From NCBI RefSeq assembly GCF_009914755.1, contig NC_060938.1: a stretch of 64,000 bases of DNA. One strand, written 5' to 3'. Source of the DNA: the human T2T-CHM13v2.0 reference genome, Homo sapiens. This document shows positions 15,751 through 30,500 of this stretch, one piece after another. Position 1 is the stretch's first letter, and each line of letters starts with the position of its first letter. Both the position numbers and the translations under genes were made by a program. The notes under the pieces were generated by a model. The model was not told where the DNA came from. It saw only the letters and a list, made by a program, of their open reading frames with translations, and did not search any database.

Positions 15751-16172
15751 ACTGAGAGCCTGCATAGCAAATGACCTCAAAGAAGCCATAAACATAAATA
15801 TGGAGGAGACAGAAACCCAAGGGAGAATTCCTCCCAATCACAAATACCCCCATTTCTAGGCCTGATAGATGTAAATGAAAATGGTATTTAATTAGCTAAA
15901 ACCAAAGCTGTCATCACCTAATCCAGGAGTCTGATAATAAATTTTCAATGCCTTCCACTTATACTCTGAAGCGATGGTGCAGCTGCCCTGGCAGATGGAG
16001 GCAGTTGGAGACATCCACAGGCATCTGTCTGTCCAGGGAGCAGCTGTGGACTTGGTGATTCCATTGGGGAAGTCTACTGCCATGGAGAACACTCAGGTGC
16101 TGAGGAAGTCTTCATTTCCAGTAAGGCAGACGCCCCCGTTTGTCACTGTAGCCTAAAGAATGGTCATCATTA

Positions 16173-16478
<306 letters not shown>

Positions 16479-17777
16479 TCATCCTTGTTCTCTTAGGTCC
16501 AGCACTTAGCAGTTTGCAGAACACATTCACAAGTCTTTCCTATGACTGCAGGGATGGGGACAGATTGGACTGTGGCCTCAGTGTCATGGTTGAGGGAACT
16601 GAGGCCCAGAGGGCAGCCTAGTCATTAGCTGTGTCTCCTGCCTTCTCACAAAGTGGTCACCAGTGTCATTTCCCACTTCCAGGTATTACAGGATCTGTGG
16701 TGTGTCGATTTTTCTGGCCAGAAACCTCTGTGGCCATGGTGTCTTTGCCTGAGTTTTTGTCCTGCGTCCAGGAAGAATGAGGTACACAGACAAGTGAAGG
16801 GTGAAGAAGAAAAGAGTTTTATTTAGTGTTAGAACAGCTCAGAGGAGTGGGTAGCTCCTCTCTGTAGACAGGTGGTCCCGCCAAGTGTTCAACTCTCAGC
16901 AGAGAGGAGGCCCTGGAGAGGGTGGCTCTTCTCTGCAGGCAAGTCATTTGGACGTCTCTGCAGGTCTCTGAAGCTCTCAACGGAGAGGGTAGCTCCTCTG
17001 CCAGCAGGTTGTCTCTGCAGCTGTCAGTTCTCTGCAGCTGGTCATCCCATCATCTCCAGCTATCACCAGAGAGGGTGCTCCTCTCATCCAGCTATTGTCC
17101 CATACAATTGTCTCTCTGCCCTCTTCATCCTCTGGCCATCCTCTCACCTGCTGTGGCTGAGCCCAGGGCTTTTATGGACTTCAGAGGGGAGGAAGTACAT
17201 GCCGATTGGTCCATGGGTGGCCATGGGGGTACCTAGAAGAGGCATTACAGTCCCCACTCCAGTCCATGGGACTGGCTGCCTGGCCCCCAGCCTTCAGGCC
17301 CTCCCTGGCCTCAAGGTGGGGCCTTACTGGGGACCCATCCCCTTCCACCAAGGAATTAATCTGCCTGCTCCTGCCATTCATGGCCCTGGGGCTCAGCCCC
17401 AACCCCCACTCTGAGATTGGAGCAGGTGCCAGGAGTGAAGAGAGGCCAGGCAGTGGGAGAAAACACCCCTGAGCCTGCAGGGATGGGTGGGTGGGGTCCT
17501 TCCTGGGTCCCTGAAAGGGTGCAGGCTGTAGAGACACCCAGCTCCTGCACCTGGGAAGGTGGCCCCAGCGGCACCTGGGAGGGCCAATCCTGCCTGCTCC
17601 TGGTCCTCCCCCAAAAGCACAGAGAGGCTCAGATCCACAGCTGCAGTTTGGGCGGCTATAGCCCCACCCAAGAGGGTGAGGCTCCTGTCTGCTCTGTAGA
17701 CCAGGAGGCCTGGGTCTGCAGCTGCAGTTTGAGCAGCTACAGCAGCACCCAGGGACCTCCTGCACTAAACTAGCCAT

Positions 17778-17921
17778 TGCTCTGGCTGAGCCCAGGGCTT
17801 TTATGGACCTCAGAGGGGAGGAAGTACATGCTGATTGGTCCATGGTGGCCATGGGGTGGCCTGGAAGAGGCACCATGTGTCCGCACTCCAGTCCATGGGA
17901 CTGGCTGCCTGGCCCTCAGCC
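17778..17921 (+). repeat. Direct duplicate of 17149-17292 (LTR CCAAT/TATA-like segment)
   Basis: Aligned by eye: tggctgagcccagggcttttatggac...ggactggctgcctggccc. Confidence 0.95.
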
Positions 17922-17935
17922 AGCAGCCTGGCCTC

Positions 17936-18145
17936 CTGCAGTGGCTTTGGCCCCTTTCCTGCCTCAGATAATCTAATTTAGTAGGTCTGTGAGTTGTCTC
18001 CAGGACCTGCCTTTTATTTTATTTTTAATTTTCTTTTTTAAATTATTTTCTTCTTTTGAAATTTCAAATTTTATTTATTTTTTGATACAGATTTGGCTTT
18101 GTTGTTCAGGCCAGAGTGCAGTGGCACAAACATGGCTCACTGCAG
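17936..18145 (+). repeat. Direct duplicate of 19059-19340 (unique DNA plus AluJ 3' end)
   Basis: Aligned by eye; both ends are CTGCAG. Confidence 0.95.
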
Positions 18146-19135
18146 CAGCCTCTGCCATCACAGGCACACCCCTCCTGCTAGTGGGGCTTTCAGAACTTGC
18201 TCTCCTCTGAAGTCTAATGAAGCCATCTTTGGGACCCCCGTCACAGTATTCCTCACCCTCCCTGGCCACCCCTTTCCTTTCCTCCTCCTGCTGGGCCCTC
18301 ATGGGCTCCTGGGGGTCTGTGTTGCTTGCAGGGTCCTCTGCCTGGTGTAAACCCAGCCCCTCCTCACTCTCCACCCCCAGCAATCTTCCCTCTCTGCCCC
18401 AGTGCAGAAATCAGGACAGGGTTGTCCAGGAAGCTGTCCCCAACCCCCAGGCTGGTGGACTAACCTTTCTCTATACTCCTATGGCAACCAGATTCCAGAA
18501 CCTTCTCTCCAAGGCTGGAGGTGGAGGCAGACTCCATGTTGACACCAATTGAGGGCTGTGTGGTTGGGGTCCCAGCAGGAAGTGGTTGCATCCACAGGGG
18601 GTGTCACTGAAGAGAGAAGAATGAAGGGACTGAGGCTGGGCAAGGTCGAGGGGTTCTCCAGGGGCTCTGAGGTGCCCCAGGGCAAGCCACAGGGTGGGGA
18701 AGTAGCTGGCACTGTTGCTAAGTCTAAGTGGACAAGAGGAGGGAGTAGCTCTAAGAGGGCTCCCTGCAGGAGCCACAGCCTTGCCCACTTGCTGCCTAGC
18801 AGTGAGGGAGGATGGGCAGTGGACACCCACCCTCCCTATCCTGCTGTCTCTGGTCCTTACTCTGCCTCTCACAGCCAAACCCCACAGGAAGCTGGAGGGC
18901 AAGGCGCCTGGGGATGCCTTCCAGGAGGGTCAGCCTCAGGGCCAGCAGGAAGGGTGGCCAAAGGGGGAGGGTGACCTGGGGGCCAGTGTAGGAAATCCAG
19001 CAGGGAGGCATAAAGAAAAGCATAGGTGCCCACACTTGCCCATTCTACAAGTTGCCATCTGCAGTGGCTTTGGCCCCTTCCCTGCCTCAGATAATCTAAT
19101 TTAGCAAGTCTGTGAGGTGTCTCCAGGACCTGCCT

Positions 19136-19557
<422 letters not shown>

Positions 19558-19578
19558 TTCTTTTCTTTTGACTTGTAA

Positions 19579-19935
<357 letters not shown>

Positions 19936-19999
19936 TAAAAATCACTCCTCTTGGGTGGATTTTAAGTGCAGTGTCAGCACAATGTCAGTATGCTTTTGA

Positions 20000-20130
20000 G
20001 CAGCAGGTTTTGAGATCAGACCTCACGGGGAGGTCTAAGCTCTGGTATTATCCCACTTCTGCTGTGTGACCTTGGGCTAGTCACTTCTATGTGTGAGACC
20101 TCAGTTTCCCTAATAGTAAACAGAGGGGTT
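20000..20130 (+). mobile_element. MIR
   Basis: gctgtgtgaccttgggctagtcactt...cctcagtttccc. Confidence 0.8.
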
Positions 20131-20795
20131 TGGAGTCTTCCAGCCTGAGGTGCCAGCCATGAAGCCAGCCCTGTTAACTCTTACCGAAGCTGTAGAGGGA
20201 AGATGGTGGTGGCATGGGGGTGGCTGTTCATTCCCCAACTCCAGATGTCCCTCAGCTCTTCGCAGTTGACAAAAGCCAAAGGGATCAAGTCAGCTGCCTA
20301 GAGGTACACAGCTGCCCTCCAGGGCAGTCTGGGAATTGTATGCTGTCTTGATAGCAATGCTTGAATGGACATCATTGATGTTGGGCACTCAAGACAGACA
20401 TGGAGTTTAGAGGGAAGGATGGGTTTATATGGATTCAGGGTATAGCCACACCCTACCTATCTGCTTCCATGGCAAAAAGGGCTGGCTGGATGATGATGAG
20501 TGATAGCTTATAATCCTTGGGGAGCCTCACAGGGCTTCCTGTACCCGTTTCTTTGGTTGGAGGACACCTAGGTAGATACAGAGATGACCCCCAAAGGGAA
20601 GGGCTGCAGAGCAGTCTGTTCCCAAAGGAGACTGTGTCCCCAAGAGGCTCCCATGCCCACTTCCCTGAACAAGACCCATGAGGACAGCAGAGAGGAGCAC
20701 TCTCACCTCCATCGTAGCCCTAGGCGCTTGGACATGAGTGCAGGGCCGGCCTGCTCTTTTCCCCGTATGTTGTCACAGGGTCTCACTTATCTTTT

Positions 20796-20956
20796 TTTGT
20801 GTTTTTAGAGACAAGGTCTCACTCTGTCACCCAGGCTGGAGTCTAGTGGTGCTGTCACGGCTCACTGCAGCCTCGAACTTCTGGGCTCAAACGATCCTCC
20901 CACCTCAGCCTCCCTAGTAGCTGGGACTTACAGATGCAAGTCACTGCGCTGGGCTC
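20796..20956 (-). mobile_element. FRAM (free right Alu monomer)
   Basis: Right arm only, bounded by 20-bp TSD cagggtctca(c/t)ttatctttt. Confidence 0.85.
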
Positions 20957-22772
20957 CAGGGTCTCATTTATCTTTTATTCTGAGAGCCCAGCACAAGCCT
21001 GGAACCCAGGAGAGGGTCAGGCCATGCTTGGCAAATAGACAAACACAAGATCTGCTTGTACCTTCCTTGGTTATTGCCAGAGCCTAAGGAACACGTGTTA
21101 CTTCCCTAACCTTGCATCCCACTGGCAGCAATTCCCACCACCTTCCCTACTGCCCAGTGGAAATCCAGTCACCATTTTGTAGCTGATTCTTGCACATCCT
21201 CTAGTGGTTGAAAAGGGCTGCAACAGAATTCAAAGAGCCTCCTGGGAACCAAGCCTAAGGGCAGGGATCCATCGTCCTCAGGGTCTATTATTCCTCCTGC
21301 AGTTACTGTTCCTACTGATAACAGTTAACTCTTAAAGAAGCTCAGAGAGGTTGGGGAACTTGCCCAAGTTCAGTCAGTGAATGAGCAGCCTCATCCCCAC
21401 CTGGCATCTCTGCCAGCATCAGCTGCTGCTGGCCACCACCTCTCCCTCCCGCAAGGGCTTGCTCTTTTCTCCCTTGGTTCCTCTGTCATCAGCTCCTGAG
21501 AAGAGAGCATCTTCTTCGTGTCTTCAACTTCTCACACTTTTCCCTCTCAGTCTTTTCATCTTCCTTTCTCTGAGTTTTTGCCCTCCCCGTCTAGCTGTGG
21601 GCAGTCTGAGGGGTCTAAGAATCCTCTCAAGGGCAACGTGCCCTCTGGACGAATTGAGCCACAATTGCCTGAAGCTTGGTTGGCCAGTCCTTGGCCAAGC
21701 CCTGAATGCAACACCCTTGGAGGGATCCCTGGTCCTTGTAAACTCTGTATCTGGAATCTCCCTGATTAGCTTCCCTCAAGACCCCACCCTCTTCCTCACC
21801 TTTCAGACAGTGCTGCTAGTTAAAAGCATTCCTCCCACTACTAGGACTCATGGGGGCAGAGGCAGGGGCCAGGCAGAGCCCAGGACTTTAATCCAGGTTG
21901 GTCTGAGTCCAGAGCTCAAGTGCTCAAGCTCTTCACCGCTCCATGAAAGGGACAAATCAGTGATTAGGAGTATATTGGTTGTTGTGTTTTTTTAAACAGC
22001 AAATCTTTATATATAGATAGATTTATATAAATATATTTAAAGACTTTTCATCACTCAGCCACAGGCTTCCCCTACAATCATGCCGTGGTGTCCCTGTTGA
22101 TGTTCTCAGAGGCCACTACAAAGAGAAGCCTCTTGTTTGAAGCCTGACACTGAGTCATGCAGCACTTGCACCCTGGTATTAAGCTGAGTCATGCCAGGTT
22201 TTATGTTTCTAAAGCACTGAGAAGCTCCTTGGTTGGCATTTCCCACCGCTAGGGACACTGTCAGAGCCTCAGGCCTCTGAGCTGGGGATGCTCCCTGCCT
22301 TGCGTTTATATATTCCCCAAATGTTTATTTTGCACCTAGACCCTGTTCTAGACTACGGTACAGCAGGGAACAAGACAGATGAGGTCCTTGCCTTCCTGAG
22401 GCTGGTACACAAGTGGGAGAAAACATGATTACAAGGAAAGATCATTTCCGAGTGTGATAACATTAGGGAAAAAATAGGACTTATATGATATACAATGAGG
22501 GCTGCAGGCAACACCAGCTAGAATGGCTGGGAAAGGCTTCTTTAGGGTAGGGACATTGAAATGGTGAGAAAGAGCAACCCAAGTGGAGGGATGAGTGGGG
22601 AGCAAGTGCAAAGGCCCTGAGGGAGGAGCCCTGGAGGAGGCCCATGAACCTGGAGCAGAGTGGATGAGGGGAGCAGGGTTAGGAGGGGAGGTCAGAGGGC
22701 AGGCAGGAGCCAGGTCACTCTGGGTCTTGAGAGCCGTGTTAAGTATCTTGAATTTTGTTTGAGATCAGTGGG

Positions 22773-23203
22773 CACTCACCTTACTGGATATGACACAAAT
22801 GCCCAGCTCTGATCATTCACTTGTTAGTCAGGCAATTTCTCAAGGTTGTGTTTGCAGCCAGCAAGCTTGAGGGGTGAGGTTCTATCTCTCTCCATGGCAA
22901 AGAGCAGGCTTATTTCCTGCTTGCTATAAAATGGTGGGTTCGCAAGCTCAGAGCTCCTTTCCTGTAAGGGAACCCCCCAGCACATGCAGGCCTGTCTCTG
23001 TTCGAGTTGCCCCTGTGGCAACTGGGGCTAAGGAAACTGAAGCGAACGTGCTATCACTCTGCCTATTGCATTCACTGTGAGTAACAACGTCTTTTGTCTC
23101 TGACCCAGGAATCTCATGTCTTCTGTCAGCATCCATGAAACTGGCATGCTAATTTGGTAAGTTGCAAGTAGGGTAAAATCTCAGCCCCTTCACAGTTCTT
23201 AAC
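22773..23203 (+). mobile_element. LTR40 (ERVL) solo LTR, 5'-truncated
   Basis: catggcaaagagcaggctt..gctataaaa; ends gcaagtagggtaaaatctcag..ccttcacagttcttaaca. Confidence 0.82.
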
Positions 23204-23471
23204 AAGGTGACTTTTGGAAGGCAGGGGAGGGAGGAGGAGGGATATGGATGGAAAGGAAGCAGAGAAACCAGTCATCAGGCTGACTGTGGAAATGGAGTGC
23301 AGTGGGCTGATTTGGGATTATTTAGGAGGCAGAGTTTTTAGATATTGCCAACACAGGGGACAAGGGAAAGAGAGGAACTGAAGGTGTCCCCTAGTTTGTG
23401 GTTCAAGCATCTGTACGGATGATGTTACTTAGCAAGATGGGGAAGATGAATGGGGTGGGGGGAGTTTGATG

Positions 23472-23523
23472 AGCAAGGTTGAGGGATGAGGTTCTATCTC
23501 TCTCCATGACAAAAAGCAGGCTT
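23472..23523 (+). repeat. 52-bp direct copy of 22860-22911
   Basis: 48/52 identical by eye. Confidence 0.93.
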
Positions 23524-23989
23524 CTATGAAGCTATCGTGAAGCTACTTTTTGGCTTTGGGAGGTCTGAGATCCCCGTGAGACAACCAGGGAAGGTATGAA
23601 GGTTTGAAGCTTGCAGAGAGGCCTGGGATGGAGATGGAGATGTGGACTTGGTGAAATGGAAGCCATACGATGGGATATTGACCCATTCCAGCCAGGAGCT
23701 GAGCCCCATGTGTGTACTCTGCAGAACCTCCCATGCTTTCTCGAGTGGGAAGAGCAGCTGGGTCTGAAGGTTCCTCTCCCGCTCCCAGTCCTCCCTAAAC
23801 TCCCAGTAGCCACTCAGGTTCTGAAATATACTTTCCCTGGACCTATCCTGAAGAATGTCATTTAGTGAAAAAGAGGGAGGCCCTAGAGCCAAATGACCAG
23901 CGTTCAGGATCCTTGGAATCTAGACTGTACTGTCAGCTTGCCATTAAGCACATTATTTTTTTATGGCAGCCCAAGCAGACTAACAAACT

Positions 23990-24160
23990 ATCCATCCTCA
24001 GTTTTGCTCAGGAATTCTTATTGTGTACTTACTCTGCGTCAGGCACTGTTCTAGGCTCTGTGGAAACAACAATTAACCAAGCAAAAGTCTTTGTCATCGT
24101 AGAGTTTGCATTCCAGGGCAGAGGGGACAGACAATGAAAAAATAATCAAATGGAGAACCA
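23990..24160 (-). mobile_element. L2 3' end
   Basis: ttattgtgtacttactctgcgtcaggcactgttctagg. Confidence 0.75.
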
Positions 24161-24169
24161 CAAAGCAGG

Positions 24170-24490
24170 GTGTGGTGGGGCCTGTGCTGGGCCACCAGGT
24201 GCCCATTCTTCAGAACAGCAACCCTCATTCCCCATTCACTGGGAGCATTGGCTGCCAATGGCTGTCAGCTGAGTCCTTCTCTGCCAATCGCCCTCAGCTG
24301 AAGAGAGCCACCTCATGCAAGTTCATCCTCACTTCCCGGGACATCTGCATCCAACGACTGGTTGATGTGGGGATATAAAGGCCTTGCCTCAATTTGGGAC
24401 AATTCAAAATGGTCATCCCAGGTCTAGAGTTCCCTGTGAGAAGCTCCCTGACTGGTTTCTTGGCTTCCTTTCCATTCACACCCCAGCTTT
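24170..24490 (+). mobile_element. LTR16A-like (ERVL)
   Basis: gccctcagctgaagagagccacctc...ccttgcctcaatttgggacaa..catcccag. Confidence 0.75.
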
Positions 24491-24549
24491 CCGCCACTTT
24501 CCAAAAGTCATTCTTTCAAGAACTTGTTATGTAGTAGAGTTAGAAACTA

Positions 24550-24942
24550 GGATGAACAGATGGCTGTATGGACGAATGGATGGGTGGAGGTAGGGATGAA
24601 TGGAAGGAGGGACAGATGGATGGATGGCTAGACAGATGGACAGATAGATGAACAAACAGATGGAAAGATGGATGGAGGGCCAGGTGCAGTGGCTCAAGCC
24701 TATAATCCCAGCACTTCGGGAGGCTGAAGCAGGAGGATTGCTTGAGTCTAGGAATTCAAAACAAGTCTGGGCAACATAATGAGACTTTGTCTCTATTTTT
24801 TTAAAAAAAGAAAGATGGATGTACAGATGGAAGGTTGGATGGAAGCGTGGATGGATAGATGGATGGATGGATGGATGGATGGATGGATGGATGAACAGAC
24901 AGATGAACAGATGGACAGACACAATGGATGGATGAATGGATG
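24550..24942. repeat. (GGAT/AGAT)n degenerate tetranucleotide repeat
   Basis: Directly visible, split by an Alu monomer. Confidence 0.95.
24678..24810 (+). mobile_element. FLAM_C
   Basis: Left monomer; TSD gaaagatggatg. Confidence 0.88.
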
Positions 24943-26328
24943 CCTTGGGATTGCTATATTTAACCTGTTCACTTGAAGTCCACTCTCTTTGGACCTCCTT
25001 GTTGACACAGCCAAACATCCTCTCTGCCCTTTAGCACATGGAATTGTGCTTCTCATAGGCACATTGTGCCACCAGCCGGCCTGTTCCCCATTAGCTGTTT
25101 GAAGAGTGGCATGATAGCGTGGAGCACACACTAGATCTGCACTCTGAGAGGCTTGGGTCCAAGTTTGACTCAGCTATTCTATCTTAGAGAATCTGCTGTG
25201 CAGATTAAATTTTTTAAAAAGTTTACGTAAAGTGCTTACATAATGCAGGACACAAAGTCTGTGCCCATTAAGGGTCATTTCCCTCCTGTCCTTCTCTCCA
25301 TCCTGTTTTTTTTTTTTTTCTGTCATTTCATATGTCTTTTGCCTCATCCAGCCTGAGCTTCCATTTTGAAAGCAGCAGGCACTAAAAATAAAAAACTATT
25401 CTAAAACTTATTTCTTTGCATCCTGCCTCTTTCAATTTCATTAAGGGTAATCAAAGGGGAAATCAGGTGTTAGGAAAATAAAAGACTTATAGGCAGTAAC
25501 TATAAGGCATCTGCAATTGCTGGTGCTGAGCTACCTGGCAGCCCAGGTGAAAAGGGGAATATGATCTATTGCATAGCCCTTATTATCAGAACAGGAAGAA
25601 TTCACCAGCCATCTCAGGGGATCAGAAATGGAGTATTCTACATGCAGCAGAAACAATTACATTCCATACCCTTCTAAATTTCTTGAATTGAAAGAATTTT
25701 CGAACATTGCGTCTGGGGAAGATTTCTACATAAAACCTAGACTGAGGCAGGGAGGAGGGGAGGATTGGAAAGAAAGGAAGTAGGTGCTGTGAAAAAATTA
25801 TTATTACACATAGCAGTGGACTTAAACTAACATGTCTGATGTGCTGTGCCTTTTGTTGGAGAAATGAAACTAGTATGCACACTGGCTGGAAAAATGCTTC
25901 CTCCTAATTGCCTGGGGATGAAGCACTTTATTTATAGACATCAGAGGGAAATTTGGCTCCCTTGCACTATAATACGGTAGGGAACGGGGCCAGGTAGCTG
26001 CCGGTTCCAGGACGGTCTGTGTTCCACAGGATAGGAATGTGGAACCACTTTCCATGTAAACACAGTGGGCTCTTCTCTCTTTCTTTTTTTTCTTAGACAC
26101 TTTTTTGTTTTAAATGTGAGATGCCTTTGAAGAAGAACCTGCTTAGCCATGAATGTCAAGGGTTAGTAGCCCTCTCGGTGGGTTGGTGGTGGGATTTGGG
26201 GGTGAGGGACTCTGCCAAACTTCATTGTTCTTCCTTGTGCTTTCATTAACCCCCAAGGAGATAAGATGGATGGATTCCACCCAGCCCTCAGATTCTGGAA
26301 AGACTGCAAATGCAATGTGACATTCTCA

Positions 26329-26770
<442 letters not shown>

Positions 26771-27523
26771 GAGGGTAACCTTTGCTTTACTGCACTTGAG
26801 GGAGGGTCAAGGGAAGCCAGAGAGAACTGTTGCACCTGGGCTGTGGAAGCTCTGTTCCACAATGGAAATGGATTTGGGCCACAGTAGAGTTTCCTCAAAT
26901 GGTGCTTCAGTTCAAGGGAAGGCAGTGGGGCAGAGGAGGCCTGTGAGTGACAAAAGAACATATGGACAGTGTTTTACAGTTTGCAGAATGCTCTCAGCTA
27001 CTTGTTTTTTTTTTATACATTTCTTGCCATCAAGCATTGATTGTGCACCTGCTGTGTGCCAGGCACAATGCACACTGGATTGGTTTCTGGGAGGACAGAA
27101 ACAAACAGCATCTGCCAACTCTACTTTCACAGTACAGCCCCATGCAGGTGTGTTTGCAGCCTCTGAGCCACTGTCCCCTCCCAGCTCCAGGCCCCCAGCC
27201 CCTGCAGCCTCACCTGGTCTCCACAGAGGCCTCCTGACTCATCTGCCTGGTGGCAGTCAGCTGTGCCCTTCCAGTCTGTTCTCCAGGAGAAAGCCAGAGG
27301 AATCCTTTTCAAAGTAAGCCAGGTCATGTCACTTAAAAGTCAGAAACTCCACCAGGTATGTGAGCAGAGAGGATGCCATCTACATAAAACCTTCCAGGAG
27401 CTTGGTGATGGTGAGTTTTCTGTGTCAACTTGGCTGGGGTCTAGTACCCACCCAGTTATTCAATCAAACATGGCTCTAGGCCTTGCTGTGGAGGTATTTT
27501 GCAGATGTGGTTAACACCTGTAA

Positions 27524-28150
<627 letters not shown>

Positions 28151-28359
28151 AAGGCTATTACTCTTGATCATGTGGGTAGGCCTTATCCAATCCATGGAAG
28201 GCCTAGGAGCAAAAACTGAGCTTTCCAAAAAGAAGAAATTCTGCCTCAAGACTGCAGCCTCAACTGCTGCCTGAGTTCCCAGACTTCAGGCCTGTCCTGT
28301 GAGTTTTGGATGTGCTAGCCTCCACAGTCACGTGGGCCAGTTTCTTGAAATAAATCTCA

Positions 28360-28360
<1 letters not shown>

Positions 28361-28399
<39 letters not shown>
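28361..28399. repeat. (CA)~19 microsatellite
   Basis: Directly visible inside MLT2. Confidence 0.97.
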
Positions 28400-28402
<3 letters not shown>

Positions 28403-28931
28403 GTTGGCTCTGTTTCTCTGGAGAGCCCTGACTGATACAAGCCTTCTATTTTATTCAGAATAAATGCCCAGGTCCTCTGAGTAGCCCCCAGTCTCTCTGC
28501 TCTCCTTGCCCCTGCCCCAGCCAAGCCCTCTCTAACTTCATTTTAGCACCTGCTCCCTGCTCATCAGGCCACACCTCATCATGCGTTTTCTCACACAGGG
28601 CCTTTGCACATGCCGTTTCCTCTGCAGCACACTCTCCCCCACATACCTGCATATTGCTGGCTCCTTCACCTCTCTTTACAGTCTCCACTAAGCTGTCACT
28701 TTTCCCGAGCACCTAAATGCTATACCCTCCCACTCCCGGCTCCTGAACTCTGTGCTCTTTTCCTTGCTGGAACTTAGTACCCTGTGATGTAACACATCTT
28801 TACCAGCACTTTTTAAACATTTTCTTTCTCCTCACTAGAGAATGGAAGCAACCTGAGGGCAGAGCCTTTCGCTTATTTTGATGACTGTTCTACCCTCAGC
28901 ATGAAGATCTGTCTGGCACACAGTAGGTGCT

Positions 28932-29324
28932 TGTCTCAGTCAGCTCAGGCTGCCATAACAAAATACCACAGACTGGGTGGCTTAAACAACAGAAATGAAC
29001 TTCTCACCATTCTGGAGGCTGGAAGTCCCAGACCAAGGTTCCAGCAAGGTTTAGTTTCTGACGAGGGCTCCCTTCCTGGCTTGCAGACAGCTGCCTTCTT
29101 GCTGTGCCCTCACATGGCCTTTCTTCAGTGCAAGGGTTCAGACAGACACAGAGAAAGAGAACTCTCATGTCTCTTCCTATATGAACACTAGTCCTATTTG
29201 GCCTGACATAGTAGCTCACACCTATCATCCCAACCCTTTGGGAGGTTGAGGCAGGAGGCCCACTTGAGCCCAGAAGTTTGAGACCAGCCTGGGCAACATA
29301 TATAGTGAGATTCTATTTCTAAAA

Positions 29325-29367
<43 letters not shown>

Positions 29368-29509
29368 AAATAGAGCATTACTCCTATTGAATCAGGGCTC
29401 TACCCTCATGACCTTATTTAACCTTAATTACTCCCTAAAAACTGCAGTTACATGGGGGTTAGGACTTCAATATATGATTGTGAGAGGGATACAACTCAGT
29501 CCATGGCAG
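28932..29509 (-). mobile_element. MLT1B-like solo LTR
   Basis: ggctgccataacaaaataccacagactgggtggcttaaacaacagaaat...gggttaggacttcaa. Confidence 0.88.
29200..29370 (+). mobile_element. FLAM_C with (TAAA)n tail
   Basis: Left monomer only. Confidence 0.85.
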
Positions 29510-29749
29510 CACTCAACAAATGCATACTGAATGAATGAAAGGGTAAAGTCTAGGGAACCATGTGCTCACAATTCAGGGGACCCCAGCCACCCTGGAGGGT
29601 GCAGGAAGCTTCTGGAAGAGGAGCTGAACCCAAAAGGTGCTTCAGTGCTAATGGTGTTTTGTTATCATTCTTTCTACTTTAACACATCAAAAAGCTGAGG
29701 CTCTGTGATGTTCTGCACCCACCACAGTGGGAATGGAGGGCAGAAGGCC

Positions 29750-30500
<751 letters not shown>

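Larger units (their letters stand above)
16684..18160 (-). mobile_element. ERV1 solo LTR, MER52/LTR28 group, carrying internal insertions
   Basis: Termini t(a)ttacaggatc... and ...ctgccatca; 4-bp TSD cagg (16680-16683, 18161-18164); gtccaggaagaatgaggtac motif; minus-strand AATAAA (~16818), CATAAAA and CCAAT. Confidence 0.88.
22315..23700 (-). mobile_element. L2 LINE interrupted by LTR40
   Basis: caaatgtttatt..gcacc, gaacaagacaga..gtcctt; agcaagtgcaaaggccctgag; continues after 23203. Confidence 0.8.
28480..29540 (+). mobile_element. L2 3' region interrupted by MLT1B
   Basis: cagggcctttgcacatgc...tctggcacacagtaggtgct | LTR | gcactcaacaaatg..tgaatgaatgaa. Confidence 0.82.

Noticed and set aside
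16845-17095. Repeated gagagggt(a/g)gctc(c/t)tct units resembling a repeat-spacer array
   Set aside because: Degenerate internal repeats that I recall as native to MER52/LTR28-type LTRs; eukaryotic context with no cas genes.
16872-17971. Overlapping 104-231 aa ORFs
   Set aside because: They lie within a GC-rich LTR that is poor in stop codons; no gag/pol/env motifs.
17936-18145. PstI-bounded cloning or assembly artefact
   Set aside because: The insert and donor differ by several substitutions and indels, which a laboratory chimera would not show.
21381-21995. 204-aa ORF in mostly unique DNA
   Set aside because: Leu/Ser/Pro-rich translation of pyrimidine-rich DNA with no recognisable domain or splice context.
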